This document shows positions 48,615 to 61,598 of a stretch of 64,000 nucleotides of DNA, one piece after another. The notes beneath the pieces were generated by a model. It ran no database searches and had not been told where the DNA came from. It worked only from the letters and a program-made list of their open reading frames with translations. How positions within the stretch are numbered: the first letter of the stretch is position 1; each line of letters begins with the position of its first letter. A program made the position numbers and the translations under genes. Source of the DNA: Cladosporium halotolerans (taxonomy: Eukaryota); NCBI RefSeq assembly GCF_011745625.1, contig NW_027191456.1:310001-374000 (forward strand), in the 5' to 3' direction.

Positions 48615-50250
48615 ATGTCAAGCCCTCATAAGAACAGCTCCATCCAGGCATTCTTCTGCCCATCGCCCGCACCTTCTCGCTCATCTCCTACTAAACAGGG
48701 CCCAAACTCATCAATTGGCGATGGATTCACCTCGCAAGAAGTTGAAGAGGCACTGAAAAGCACGCCGCCGATGACTTGGCAGCCTGAAGTCGAATATGCT
48801 GAATGCGAGATACGCGACCTCTACCCAGGTCCTCGCGCCGTGACATTCATGGGTCGTATCGCCAACATCTTTGACGTCGCAATCGCCCCGAAGACTCCCA
48901 GAAGCGCGAAAGGGTGCCTCAAGCTATGCGTGAAGGACGACCACGATGCCATCACTGTACGCCTCTGGTATGCGAACCGCTTCCCGAATGTTCGATTGGG
49001 CTCGCTTGTCTCAGTATGGACGAACCATAGTGAGTGACAACTTCCCCATGGTGGTGTAGGCTCAGTTGCTGATGATTCATAGTCTCAAACGGAGAGTCAG
49101 GGAACATATCGAGTTCCTCTGCGCCGCTGTTCGCTTCCCTCTTTCCAGAGCGGGACCGCGGGTGTCATCTCATGGTACATGAGAATAGCGACGATGGCAC
49201 AATGTTCAAGCGCCCATTGAGCTACCGCGAAGGACGTCAAATCCCAAACTTGATGACTTTACAGAACTTCATCGATGGAGGCTACGATGTTATCGGAGCT
49301 AGAATTCTGGTTATTGTGAAGAGCATCGGCCAACGGAAAAGAGGTTAGGGCATTCCAACTCACGTTCTGTAGAGTTCAGTACTGATCTGCTTGCAGTCGA
49401 GCGCAAAGATGGCAGCTCAACTGAGAACATGAACATCCAGGTGCAAGACGATACAGCAGGTGCTATCCTAGGACTTTGGGGAACTCCATGCCTTTCGCCT
49501 GCTGGGACTTTTGCGGACAAGGACAAAGATCCTGCCAATGGATCTACCAAGAGCACGCCACTATGGAAGGCTGGCGAGACCGTACTGTTGCTGAAATCGC
49601 CCGCTTGGAAGATCGGGAGAGGGACGTATTTAAGTCTCTCAACGACCACAATTGTCGATGTCGATCCTGAAATGGCGGATGCAGACTGGCTTCGTCGCTG
49701 GGCGTCACGGCAAAAAATCAGGGAAGCGATCAACCCTCCTTTCCCTGAAGGTGTTTTCGACCTGCAGGCTTTGATGACCAGCCCTTTGCGGTGTCTCTAT
49801 ACCTTTGCCGATCTGGATGAATTCTCGAGGGCTGCGCCGAATGAAACTTTCCAAGGATACCTCAGCGTTCTCATCATGGAGATCAGACTACTCGAGAACT
49901 GGAAGAGAGGCATGCTCATGTGTGGAGAGTGTTGCTCTATGCCAATCTACGCCAACTCTACAACCGGCACATGCAAGGGCTGCGAGAAGAAGGTCGACCT
50001 CAGACTCAATCCGAAGATCCTCGGCCAAGTCATCGACGAAACAGCTTGCGTTGGGCCAGGAAAGCTGCTGCTAAGTGTACACGCATGGGTTGACCTGCTC
50101 GGCTGCTCTCCTGAACGTTTGCTCGAGCTTGGCTCCGAGGAACTGCGGCACATTGCGGAACAGCTGCTTTTCAGTCGCCTCACGCTTCTGTTTGGTTGGA
50201 ACAGGGAGGCCGGCGGACGTGTTTGCGTTATGCGTATATCGGCCGGCTGA
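48615..50250 (+). CDS. Multi-OB-fold ssDNA-binding protein, RPA1/MEIOB-like, with C-terminal Cys4 zinc ribbon; 3 exons
   Basis: Exons 48615-49029, 49083-49343, 49397-50250. Motifs IRDLYPG..FMGRIAN, ILVIVKSIG..QDDT..LGLW, TTTIVDVDPE, ECC..CKGC, QVIDETA. Confidence 0.75.
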
Positions 50251-50962
50251 AAGCTTTTCCTCAGCACTACAGACTGAAGATCGATGGCGTTGGGATGGGA
50301 CTAGAACTCGCTATCAGGGCTTTTCTGATCCCAGGTGATCGCTGTTTGTAGTTTAGGTCAGGTAGTTGCAAAATACAATTCGAGCAAAGAGGCAAGAATA
50401 TTGCCTGCACTTTCTGCTAGTGATGAGACCGTGAAACAGGTTTCCAGGTCCTATTCGACAACGTAGCTCGAGATATGGCACTAGCGCTTGTCAAATAGAT
50501 TCGCTGGGCTCATAACAAGCAAAGCCTTGCCTAAAATACAAGGGCTGCCGGGTCAATCTTTGGACGATTCGTATAGTAATAATCTTCGATCGTCTTCGAC
50601 CGGTTCTTGCACTTAAGAATTATTGAAGCCTGCGAGCGCCCGCCTCAAGGAGCCGAGCTGTCGCTGAGATAGGCTTAGCGCGAAACACGTTTGTTTACTC
50701 GGCCGGGCTTTCTCCACCCTCACTGCCAATCTGCACGCACCACCTTCACGACCGCCGCCAACGAGCATCATTACTACCGACCGCACGCGACCCCACGCGC
50801 AATCGCTCGAAATCGACTTCAAAAAAGCGCCTCATCTGGAGCGCATTCCTTGCGCTCACCCTGCACGACTCCGATACCCGCGACGAACGCGCATTACCCC
50901 TCTACCGACAACTGCGCCATTGAGCCCGCCACTGCGCGCTGGACTAGGAGCAGGGAAAAGCT

Positions 50963-52853
50963 ATGTCAATGGTCGTTACGCGCTCGCCTCTGACTGCAAT
51001 TGGAATGAACGGCGTGGGTACGGCGGCTCCGAAGCGAAGGAGCGCGCGTCTGAGCGCGGAGGGCCAGGAGGATGACGAGCGGCCTAGCAAGAAGACAAAA
51101 ACGGATGGCGCGCAAAATGTAGGGACGGCGAAAGAGAGCGGCGTTGCGAAGAGAACACGTGGAAAAGGTAAGACTGGCGAAACACGCGGGGTGGCTCGGC
51201 TAGGATCGAATGAGATGATTTTGCGCCCTGGGCTGAAAGGAGAATGCTGACGCGTGGGTATAGTTTACGACAACAAAGATGGCGATTTCGAATTCACAAA
51301 GCGCGCGAAACCCACGAAAAAGGCTGCAGCGCGCGCCTCAAATACGGAGAAGGCTCCTGCCGCCTCGGAGCCGGAGTCGAGCACATCGCAATCCCGATCG
51401 CGTAAACCTGGCTCTGCCGTGGAAGAAGATGCTGCGCCAAAGACTGTTCAGAAGAAACCTCGGGGAAAGCTTCCTTCGAGCCCGGAGGAGAATGCCGCAC
51501 CGAAGACTGCGCGCCGCGCAAAGCGTACGTTTCAAGAAGTGCGATCGCCGTCGCCGCACAAAGCTGCTCATGCAAAATCGCACCAAAATCGAGATCGCTC
51601 GCCGAGTCCAGGATTCCGACCTGTCACCGTCAAGAAGAGTCGAACAGCTCAATCAAATGCGCCTGAGGAAGAAGAGAAGACCATGAAGATTGCCTTGCCT
51701 TTTGCAGACACACCAATCATCAAACGCAACAAGGAAATGCGCAAGAATAGTGCGGAGTCGAATCGACGGAGCAGCTCTGGGATGAGAGGAAGGCGCGCAA
51801 GCAGCTTGATCGATGAGGGAAGAGGAAACGGTGAGTCTGCGTCCATAATGGATCTGAGAGGTAGTGCGTCAACACGAGTGCACCATCAGATCACTCACTT
51901 CTCATATCTGTGGGCTGGATGAGCTAACGGAGCCCTCTACAGCAATACCACATCCAGAAGTGCCCACAGCAGAGTTTTACAAGCATATTTCGGCAGATCT
52001 TACAGAACCGAGGCGAATGCGATGTCTACTTGGCTGGTGTGGCAGCAGAGCTTTACCACCGAAACCAGATGCACCCAAGCAGAATTCAAAAGAAGCAAAC
52101 GCTGAGTTTCAAGCGTTACAAGCTGGTAAGCTATAAGATTTCCCCGATCTTACTCTAAGAATTCAAGCTGACGTTGAGACAGCTCGAGTCATACAAGAGG
52201 AGCTATCGCAAGATTTGGTCTCAAAAGGCACGTTGAGCGACTGGTTCTCACGAGACGACGAGCCACAGCAACAAGTGGCCTTGCGCAAGAAGCCAAACCC
52301 TCGGAATATTGCAAATGCGGCGAAGGCTGAAGAGCTGGAGAAAGAGCTTGAAAGGTACGAAGCGTGAACTGGCGTTTGGATTGTCGCTCAGCAGCTGACA
52401 TTTTACAGGTTAAAGAAAGAACGACAGGAATGGGACAATCTTGCGAAATCAGCGATTCCAGCGCCGACACCGAAGAAACAACAGCCCAGCTCAGCCACAG
52501 AACCGAATACTCAGGGACTCTCGCCTCTCAATTCCGACCTTCTCAGCAGCGCTGATCGCGCCATTTTCGCCCAGCTGAACGATCTCGCATCATCTTCGTC
52601 AGGGCCCAATGCTCTTCAGCAACGTCTCCAAACCGTTTCTGCCAATCTGGAATTCTCTATCGATCAATTCGCGCAGGGTGTGCATGCAATGGCGACCACT
52701 CGAGAAATGGCTGAACGGGTGGCCGATAGATCCCTCAAGGATGCGACGGACATCCTGGAGGAGCGAAACCGGGAGAAGAAGGAGAAGAGCGGAAGCATCG
52801 AACCCATGGGCGCTCTTCGGGGTCTGGCGAAGGTGCTCAACCGCGGGAAGTGA
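50963..52853 (+). CDS. DSN1: Kinetochore Mis12-complex subunit Dsn1/Mis13; multi-exon
   Basis: IALPFADTPIIKRNKEMRK, RRSSSGMRGRRASS (Aurora-B-type sites), PHPEVPTAEFYKHI, EPRRMRCLLGW, LSDWFSR, KKPNPRN, LEFSIDQF. Confidence 0.88.
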
Positions 52854-53415
52854 GAGCAGACTTGGGTTGTTTGCTAGTCCGTCTCATTGACATGCAAACC
52901 AAGGGCTTTGGTCTCACCATTTGAGCCAGGAACTTGACCATAAGTCATGGACCTCAGTTGTTGACACGGACGGAAGTTGGAAGTGACGATTGCCTTGTCT
53001 AGTTATTAAGCGTGATGCGGTACCCCGAAGATACCTTTTGATGACTTTCGATTTACAAGATTGGAGATAGAGTCCTTCGAAGAATACCTACAGTATTTCG
53101 TGACCCATGAAAGTGCCGCCTGCTGCTTTCGTTTGGTCCGTCCATTTGACAGTATCGCGCAGTGTCATTCTCTTTAAAGCACCTTTCACATCCTCTGAGT
53201 ACAGTCGGGATTCTTTTACATAAGTCTTGCGCACATTTACAGGCAACGCGACTCCGAGGTACCACGGGCACAGCGTCAGACTGTCGTGGTGGAAGCAGGG
53301 TCTTCTTGGCAGCCGTCATTCGCTGAGTAAGGCGAGTCCTCAAGTTTGCGACCTTCCGACTTGAAGATCGACCTGGAAACAAACATCTTGCGCCACAGCA
53401 TCAACACAACCTACC

Positions 53416-54354
53416 ATGTCTGCCAGACCTGTTACTCGCTGCCTCTCGAGGGCACTCGCGCGCCCAGCCGTGCCTACATCCACCGCTAGCCGGATATTCG
53501 CCGCCACCACCGTACGCTCTGTATCATACGCGCCGGCATCATCATTATCCTCCCGCCACCAGCGACCAACCCTTCCGTTTTCCAGAACACCCATCTTCCG
53601 CCAGCCACAAGCAAAGCGAACAATCTTTATCCAGACTGAGGACACACCCAACGCCGATGCCCTCAAGTTCCGCCCGAATCACCAAATCCTGCCCGAGGAC
53701 TTCCCTTCCTCCTTCCTGGAATATCTCTCACCTCGGTCAACGCTTCTGCCACCTCACCCCTCTCCACTCGCCGCACAGCTTCTGAACATCGACGGCGTGA
53801 CTAGCATCTTCTACGGCCGCGACTACATCACCGTCACGAAAGACAGCTCCACGCCATGGCCCCACGTCAAGCCCGAGGTCTTCAGCATGATTACCGAGGC
53901 TTTGACGAGCGGCCAACCAATTGTCAACACGGTCGCGCAGAAAGCGGGCGAAGAGCATGGACAGGGCGGTCTGGCAGAGGCGGCGACCTACGATCCTGAA
54001 GATGAGGAAGTCGTCGGCATGATTGAGGAACTCCTGGAGACGCGCATCCGTCCCGCCATCCAAGAGGACGGCGGTGACATCGAGTTCCGCGGCTTCCACG
54101 ACGGCCAGGTCATGCTGAAGCTCCGCGGCGCCTGCCGTACCTGCGACTCGAGCACGGTAACGCTCAAGAACGGTATCGAGAGCATGCTGATGCACTACAT
54201 TGAAGAGGTCAAGGGCGTGCAGCAGGTCATGGACCAGGAGGAAGAGATGGCGATGAAGGAGTTTGAGAAGTTTGAGGAGAAGCTGCGTGCGCAGAAGGGC
54301 CCGGATGCGGCGCCTAGCACTGTCGGCAAGGGATCGCTTGACACCGTCGAGTAA
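53416..54354 (+). CDS. NFU1: Mitochondrial Fe-S cluster carrier Nfu1
   Basis: Presequence, IFIQTEDTPNADALKF, IRPAIQEDGGDI, LRGACRTC (CxxC), TLKNGIESML. Confidence 0.96.
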   Translation: MSARPVTRCLSRALARPAVPTSTASRIFAATTVRSVSYAPASSLSSRHQRPTLPFSRTPIFRQPQAKRTIFIQTEDTPNADALKFRPNHQILPEDFPSSFLEYLSPRSTLLPPHPSPLAAQLLNIDGVTSIFYGRDYITVTKDSSTPWPHVKPEVFSMITEALTSGQPIVNTVAQKAGEEHGQGGLAEAATYDPEDEEVVGMIEELLETRIRPAIQEDGGDIEFRGFHDGQVMLKLRGACRTCDSSTVTLKNGIESMLMHYIEEVKGVQQVMDQEEEMAMKEFEKFEEKLRAQKGPDAAPSTVGKGSLDTVE

Positions 54355-54668
54355 AATCCGAAGTGAAAGGAGAGATTGTTGAATGATACCATAGACTCTT
54401 TTTGTATTTGTACAAAGTGACGCAGCATCTATTTCGTTTGGTCAAAATGGTGCCGCAACAGAAATCATCTAATTCAAGCGTCAATGCAGTATCTCCTCAG
54501 AAGTCTCAGAAACGTGGTCTTTATCAAGTCAAAGCTCCATCTAGGATACCACGATGGAGCAGAATGAACCCAGCGCACAAGAAATGTGGCTAGAACGATG
54601 TATTTGGCTTGGACTATACTATTGGTACAAATATGTCTACAGTGGGAGGGAGGTTCTGCACTCCAGCT

Positions 54669-56220
54669 TTAACGTAGCTCGACACCAAACTTGGAGGCAA
54701 GCTCTTGCCGGATCTGCTCGTGGAGAGCATTGGCTTCTTCCGTGGTGAGAGTCTTCTCCAGGCTGCGGTATGTGATGCGGTAGCACAGACTGTGCTTGCC
54801 AGTCTTGGGATGGGTGAAGTCGTCGATGAGGGAGACGTCCTCCACACTATCGCCAGCGGCGTTGCGAACAACTTCCATGAGATCGTTCTCATGGAAGGCA
54901 GGACGCTCGGAAGTTGATGGCTCGGTCACCTGGCCGCCAGCTGGCGACGGGGCAGACGTGGTTGAAGCCGGAGTGTCGGCGACGACAGGGCCGGTCTTCG
55001 GCAGCCAGAAGGCGACATCTCTAGGGGCGGCGGGGTATTTGCTGAAAGGTTGGAAGCGCCGAATGGGCTTTGACTCGTCAAATTGGCCCAGGAAGCGCTG
55101 GTCCTTGCTCCAGAAGAGACGGATATCGGGGATACCAAACAGCAGCATGGCAATACGCTCCAGCCCAATACCGAACGCCCAACCGACGCGCGAAGACACT
55201 TCAGCCCTGTTCAAGAGAGGCTGGTCGATGACTCCGCAACCCAGAACCTCTAGCCAATCGCCACGCCACCAGACTTCCATCTCCCATGATGGCGACGTGT
55301 GAGGGAAGAATGCTTCAACCCAGCGAACCTTGAGAGACTCCTTTTCGCCTTCAGCTCCTTGACCAGCGGCAGCAAGAGCTTTATCAGCTTCCGTGAAAAT
55401 GGTAACGACCATGTCTTCGAGCGAGCGCTTGAGATGGGCGGCGATGGCTTCCGCCTCTTCAGGGGTGTGGAACTCGGACTGCAACGGGTTGCGCTCGAGG
55501 TGGAAGGTGGGGTTGGGGTCCTCGACTACGAGATCGTGCTTGGGCAGCTTTTCGAAATCTTCCTTGATCTTAGCAACCAGGTCCGCACTAGACGCAAAGT
55601 CTTTGCGATCCCAGGTCAGGGCACCTTCCATTTGATGGAAAATCGGGTAGTGGCTGCGATCCACGGCATCTCGCCTGTAGACGTCCGCGGAGATTGTGTA
55701 GCCATTGCTGGTGTTCGCTTTGAAGACATCTACTTCGTGCGCTGAGGTGTGAGTGCGCAGCAGCGTGTCTTTGTTGATGTAGTATGTATCTGTTCGGCTG
55801 CGGCCGGGGTGGTCCTTGGTAAATCCCAGAGAGTCGAAATTTTGGTTGACTGTCACCACTCCTGGCAGGTGGTTGTGGTTCTGAAATCCAGGGAATCGAG
55901 ATTCGATCAATGACCTAGTGATGGAAATTGGGTGGTCTTTTTGAGCATGAAGGCTGCGGCCGAATTGGTCCAAGATAGACGAAGGGACGTTTGTCCAAGA
56001 GTCAGACGGGTATTGCTTTCCTCCGATTGTAAGGCTGCGTTCTATGTTTCTGACCGTGAGTTCAATGTAATTCAAAGCGATGTCAGTGGAAAGCCTGCAA
56101 CTCACCAGCAGTAGCGTAGCTCCGGCAGGGAGGAGAGTTGACGGCAGAACGAAGAGAAATCCTCCAAGCAAAGGTCGCAGCGCCTCTCATAGAGACATTC
56201 GAGCAACTGAGCCGCACCAT
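54669..56220 (-). CDS. MSF1: Mitochondrial phenylalanyl-tRNA synthetase; 2 exons
   Basis: Presequence exon (MVRLSCSN..RSYATA), intron at about 56042-56105. Motifs HPGRSRTDTYY, LRTHTSAH, YRRDAVDRSHYPIFHQMEG, FPHTSPSWE, GWAFGIGLERIAM, C-terminal FDX-ACB domain. Confidence 0.95.
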
Positions 56221-56637
56221 GACTGTCTCCACACTCCCCCGCGGTATATTTTGGGTATTCGGTGTGGCGAAGGCGGCGCCCTTGACCTTTCTCAAACCGC
56301 GATTGGAGCCAGACGCATTGGCGCTGCTTCATTCATACAGCGACTTCTGTCCGCCGTGAAGAGCCTCTACTTCTGGCCAAGCAGCGCTCCCGCGGCTCGC
56401 CCTCTCCACAGCCAAGCGCCCCTTCTAGGGCGAGCGATGCAGCTCTACGAACAGCTGTCTTGTGCCCGCCAAATTCCCCAGGCCGACGCCGCTGCTCTTA
56501 ATCACCACGACACGCCCCCCTTCTCTTCTTGCCTCTGCACACGCGACCACGAGAGCAGATCCTCTGCTCACTTCTTCCCTTTCTACCAACAGCCGGAGCG
56601 ACAGGAGCGCACCGTCGCGCCCTGAAATACCGCAGTC

Positions 56638-58339
56638 ATGAGTGGCCGTACGTTTCCTCCTACATCGCATCCAATGCCTCCCACGGCGCGACAAGATAGT
56701 CAATGGGTGGGCTGAACGCTTCGACCCATTCGGCCACTAACACAACCTTCGCGCAGTCCGTTTCCTCGACTTGGTGAAGCCTTTCACCCCTCTCATCCCC
56801 GAAGTTCAGGTCCCCGAAACCAAGGTCCCTTTCCAGCAACGCATAGTATGGACTGCCGTGACTCTGGTCATTTTCCTGGTCATGAGCCAGATGCCTCTTT
56901 ACGGCATCGTCTCTTCAGGTTAGCCAACATATTGAAAAGGAGGCATGGGACGTGAATTGATCAGTGGACAGACACCTCCGACCCTCTCTACTGGCTCAGA
57001 ATGATGATGGCCAGTAACCGCGGTACACTTATGGAGTTGGGTATTACTCCTATTATCTCGTCGGGCATGGTCTTCCAGCTTCTGGCGGGCACTCACCTTA
57101 TCGACGTGAACCTCGACCTGAAGTCTGACCGCGAGCTCTACCAGACCGCGCAGAAGCTCCTTGCCATCATCCTGTCTTTCGGCCAGGCTTGCGTCTACGT
57201 CTTGACCGGCCTTTACGGCCCGCCTGCGGACCTCGGTGCTGGCATCTGTGTCCTCCTTGTTGTCCAGCTCCTGACCGCCGCCCTGATTGTCATTCTCCTC
57301 GATGAGCTCCTCCAGAAGGGCTACGGTCTCGGCAGTGGTATCTCTCTTTTCATCGCGACCAACATTTGCGAGTCGATCGTCTGGCGCGCGTTCTCCCCGA
57401 CCACTGTCAACACTGGCCGTGGCCCTGAGTTCGAGGGTGCGATCGTTGCTCTTGTCCACCTCCTCATCACCTGGCCCGACAAGCAGCTTGCTCTGCGCGA
57501 GGCCTTCTACAGGCAGAACCTGCCCAACGTCATGAACCTCATCTCGACCATTATTGTCTTCTCGGTCGTTATCTACCTCCAGGGTACGTATCTGAATCAC
57601 TGCTACAACGCTATGATTGTCTAACATTGGCTCCAGGCTTCCGCGTCGAGATCCCCGTGAAGTCCTCTCGCCAGCGTGGCATGCGCGGCTCCTACCCCGT
57701 CCGCCTCTTCTACACCTCCAACATGCCCATCATGCTCCAGTCCGCCCTCTCTTCCAACGTTTTCCTGCTCAGCCAGATGCTCTACAACAAGCTTCCCGAC
57801 AACCTTCTCGTCAAGATGCTCGGTGTCTGGGAGGCCCGCGAGGGTAGTGCTCAGGTTCTCCCGGCCAGCGGTCTCGTTTACTACATGAGCCCCCCGCTCA
57901 ACCTGACCGACGCTCTCCTCGACCCCGTCCACACCGCTGTCTTCACCGCCTACATGCTGGTTGCTTGCGCCGCTTTCTCCAAGACCTGGATCGAGGTTTC
58001 CGGCTCCAGCCCTCGTGATGTCGCCAAGCAGCTCAAGGAGCAGGGTATGGTTATGGCTGGTCACCGTGATGAGAGCATGTACCGTGAGCTCAAGCGTATC
58101 ATCCCGACCGCCGCTGCTTTCGGCGGTGCTTGCATCGGTGCTCTTTCCATTGTCAGCGATCTCATGGGCGCTCTCGGCAGCGGTACTGGTATCCTTATGG
58201 CCGTCACGTAAGTCAAAGTAACATCATTTGAATCTCAGATGCTTAAGCTAACATTTACATTAGCATTATCTACGGTTACTTCGAGATCGCCGCCAAGGAG
58301 GGAGACATGGCCGGCCTCAAGGGCATGATGACCGCCTAA
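56638..58339 (+). CDS. SEC61: Sec61 translocon alpha subunit; 5 exons
   Basis: [78 protein letters not shown]. Confidence 0.97.
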
Positions 58340-59122
58340 GGAATCAGATGGATTCCAATAGATTTTGAGGAGGGTTCGTTTCGTTGTGCTGTACAAATAT
58401 CAAAAAGCAAAAAGCCGATCTACTTGTCGACGATAAGAGTGCTTGAGACCGGACTGGCGATATTTGCGTTCGGGGAGACCGTTGTATCTTTGCAGATAGG
58501 ATGACTCTGAAATGTCAATCGCCGTTCGGCGCATAAACTTCCAGGTTTCTACGACAATTGGAGACTTTTCATTTCATGTTTCACGAAAATTGCTCGCAAG
58601 TGGAAGGCGCGTTGCGTCCATTCATGAAGTGAGTGCCTTGTTTGAGCTCATTGTAACTACAACAGGAAGCGTCACTGCCGTTTGCGTGTTGACATCTAGC
58701 TCATGTGGTCTCATGTCACCAGAAAGGCTATGCCAACCGCAAGGGAACAAATCGGAATTTGAAAATATGTAATGACCGAGCCTGAATAAACACATGGTAA
58801 GGGACCGCAAAATCCTGTAACGATCTGTGCAACACGTGCTCCGATAAACATTCGAATAATTTTATCATGCGCTTGGCTGAGCAACGTTGTGAGGCTGAAG
58901 CAAGCTTCGACTTCGCTCGCACAAGCATTACTTCACACGCTGTCACGCGATACATGTCACATTGCCTTCTCAGTCCAACACTACATCACACAAAGCCCTC
59001 CGCCATCTTTGAAGCTTTTGTCGCCTTCCCAAGGGCCGGCAAGCCTTGATCATCCATGATTGGCAGCGATTGCACATCGTCTGGTCTCTCCGCTGCACAT
59101 ATCACGCCTGCGATCAACAAAC

Positions 59123-59539
59123 ATGCCTTCAGTCTCTATTTCGACGGCGCATTCTACGCAAGACAAACAGGAAAGTCCGTTGCCTAATGTTTTGCAAACG
59201 CCGTCAGGACTTGCCATGCTTGAGATCCAAGGCACCCTCAATTCATCATTGCAGGCAGAACAAGGCCAAAATCTCCCAATCGGAAAGCTGGACTTCCCGC
59301 TCTACAACCCCAGCGATCCGGCTAGCAACACGGCATGGCAGAAACGTGTCCACCTATACATCGGCAAGCATCAGCGACTCACAGGAGAGGTGAAAAAGCT
59401 GCCCCAACCCGTCGCTCTTCTCCGCAAAGCCCATGCGCAGGACGTGGATGACCAGGCCTTGGAGGTCGCCGAGATCATCCACTACAAGGTGATCTTCACC
59501 CACCGCCCTGAGCCTGTGGGAACCACCACAACCGAATAG
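59123..59539 (+). CDS. CTF8: Chromosome transmission fidelity protein 8 (Ctf18-RFC subunit)
   Basis: PLPNVLQTPSGLAMLEIQGT, LYIGKHQRLTGEVKKLPQP, IIHYKVIFTHRPEPV. Confidence 0.88.
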   Translation: MPSVSISTAHSTQDKQESPLPNVLQTPSGLAMLEIQGTLNSSLQAEQGQNLPIGKLDFPLYNPSDPASNTAWQKRVHLYIGKHQRLTGEVKKLPQPVALLRKAHAQDVDDQALEVAEIIHYKVIFTHRPEPVGTTTTE

Positions 59540-59955
59540 CTCTACGCAATCTAGCGAGCAGCTCAAGACGCTGGCGCTGGCATTCGGGATCTCAAAGGAA
59601 AGCTGACTACCCGATCCACTGCAACAGCGCACGTTCAACTAAAGCAGCGCGCGCTCGGCCTGTTCAGTCATCGGGGAGAAGCTACCGTAGGCCAAGCAAT
59701 GGTATCTTGCGACGGACTTGCAACCTATCCAAGCGACACCGCGCTATTCGAGCCGGGGCTCCTGTTCGCCTCCGTCTCAAATTTCGGCTAATGCATGCCG
59801 TTTGCCCCTCATCAGCAATAGTTGCAACAGAAAGTTCTTGGCGCGAACATCGCAACTCCTTGAGCAGGTGATGTTTGTATTTCCAGAGGAAGCCGAATTC
59901 AGGGACTCGTCATCGTCACTTCCCAACACATCCAGCACCTCGAAAGCCAGCGAAA

Positions 59956-61598
59956 ATGGATTCAGCAACCCCGGAATCAAGCAAGCCATGGAGTCTCATC
60001 GGCACTGCATTGGCATTGGTATGGAGCATCAAGGATATCTCTTGTGGAGACAAATAGATAGTCTGACAAAATCCAGCTTGCATTATATCTGATTGGGGAT
60101 GTCATCTACTCGCTTTACTTCCACCCGCTTCGCCACATTCCTGGTCCCAAGATCAATGCCATCACTAGGATACCGTCAATCTATCACATGCTGCGCGGAA
60201 CAACCAAAGAGAATGTGACTCGGCTGCACGACAAGTATGGTGAAGTAGTGAGGGTTTCCCCGAATGATCTTTCCTTCATTTCAGGTGAGACTGCATGGCA
60301 AGACATCTATGGTTTCAGAACCGGTCAGCACAAAGGGCAGCAGAACATGGCGAAAGATCCCGTGTGGTATCCAAAGGCTGCAAATGGCGCTCCTTCCATC
60401 TTGCTCGGCAATGATGAGGTTCACTCACGCGGCAGAAGGATCCTGTCACACGCCTTCAGTGAGAAAGCTCTGGCCGAGCACTTCAACGATTCGTCGACAT
60501 GCTCGTTGACGGCTTGAGAGATACGGTAGCATCGACAAACAGTCCGCAGAACATTGCGGATTGGTACGTACGTCAATACCACTTCTTCTAAAACTACTGG
60601 CCTCATGCTTACACGTACAGAACTGGACAACATTCGACATAATCTCGGATCTGTTGTTTGGTGAACCTTTCGGCTGTCTCCAGTCTCGAGCCACGCACAA
60701 ATATGTCGGTCTCGTCTTTAAAATGCTCGAAAGCTTTCCGCTCATATTTACCATATCCCACTACCCATGGTTCAAATATGTCGGCGCTCTTCTCGGACTC
60801 ATTGACACCGGCATCTTGCGACAGCGTATGGAATACGCGAGTTGGATTTACGCACGAGCCGAGAAACGAGCTCAGACAGAAACCAATCGCCCTGACTTCT
60901 ACTCCCACATTCTAGCCCATAATGGAACGAAAGAAGGCAGAGACGGTAAGGTCTTGGCTATGTCTCAAGACGAGATCAACTCCAACTGCCTGCTTTTCAT
61001 AACTGCAGGCAGCGAAACGACCGCCACCCTTCTCAGCGGCGCCACCTATCTCCTGCTGAAAAACCCAATGGTCCACGCGACGCTCAAGCAAGAAGTCCGG
61101 TCCGCTTTCCCGACCTACGACTCCATCACCATCGAGGCCGTAGGAAGGCTCCCCTACCTTCTCGCAGTCCTTTCCGAGTCCCTCCGCTACTTCCCTCCCG
61201 TTCCCACCGGCTTCCCACGACAAACGCCCCCCTCCGGCGCAACCATCAGCGGCCACTTCATCCCCGCCAAAACATCCGTCTACGTCTCCTCCTACCCAAC
61301 AGGCCACTCATCGCGCAACTTCAAGGACCCAGAGAAGTTCGCGCCCGAGCGCTGGCTGGGTGACGCCGAATACGCAGACGACAAGCGCAGCGCGCTGCAA
61401 CCTTTCAGTTTCGGCCCTCGGAACTGCCTTGGAAAGAATCTGGCTTACGCGGAAATGCGTCTGATACTCGCGAAGATTATCTGGTCGTTCGACATGGAGC
61501 TCGATGCGGCGTCGGAGAATTGGATGCGAGAGTGCAAGGTGTTCACGCTGTGGCAGAAACCTGCTCTTGCTGTGCAAGTGAGGCAGGTCGTGCGTTAA
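59956..61598 (+). pseudogene. Cytochrome P450 (CYP65/Tri11-like) with an apparent frameshift at about 60480; pseudogene or sequence error
   Basis: Introns 60019-60076 and 60568-60620. Motifs HPLRHIPGP, LHDKYGEVVRVSPN, AFSEKALAE [frame break] LQRFVDML..DWYNWTTFD, AGSETT, ESLR, PERW, FSFGPRNCLG. Confidence 0.8.
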
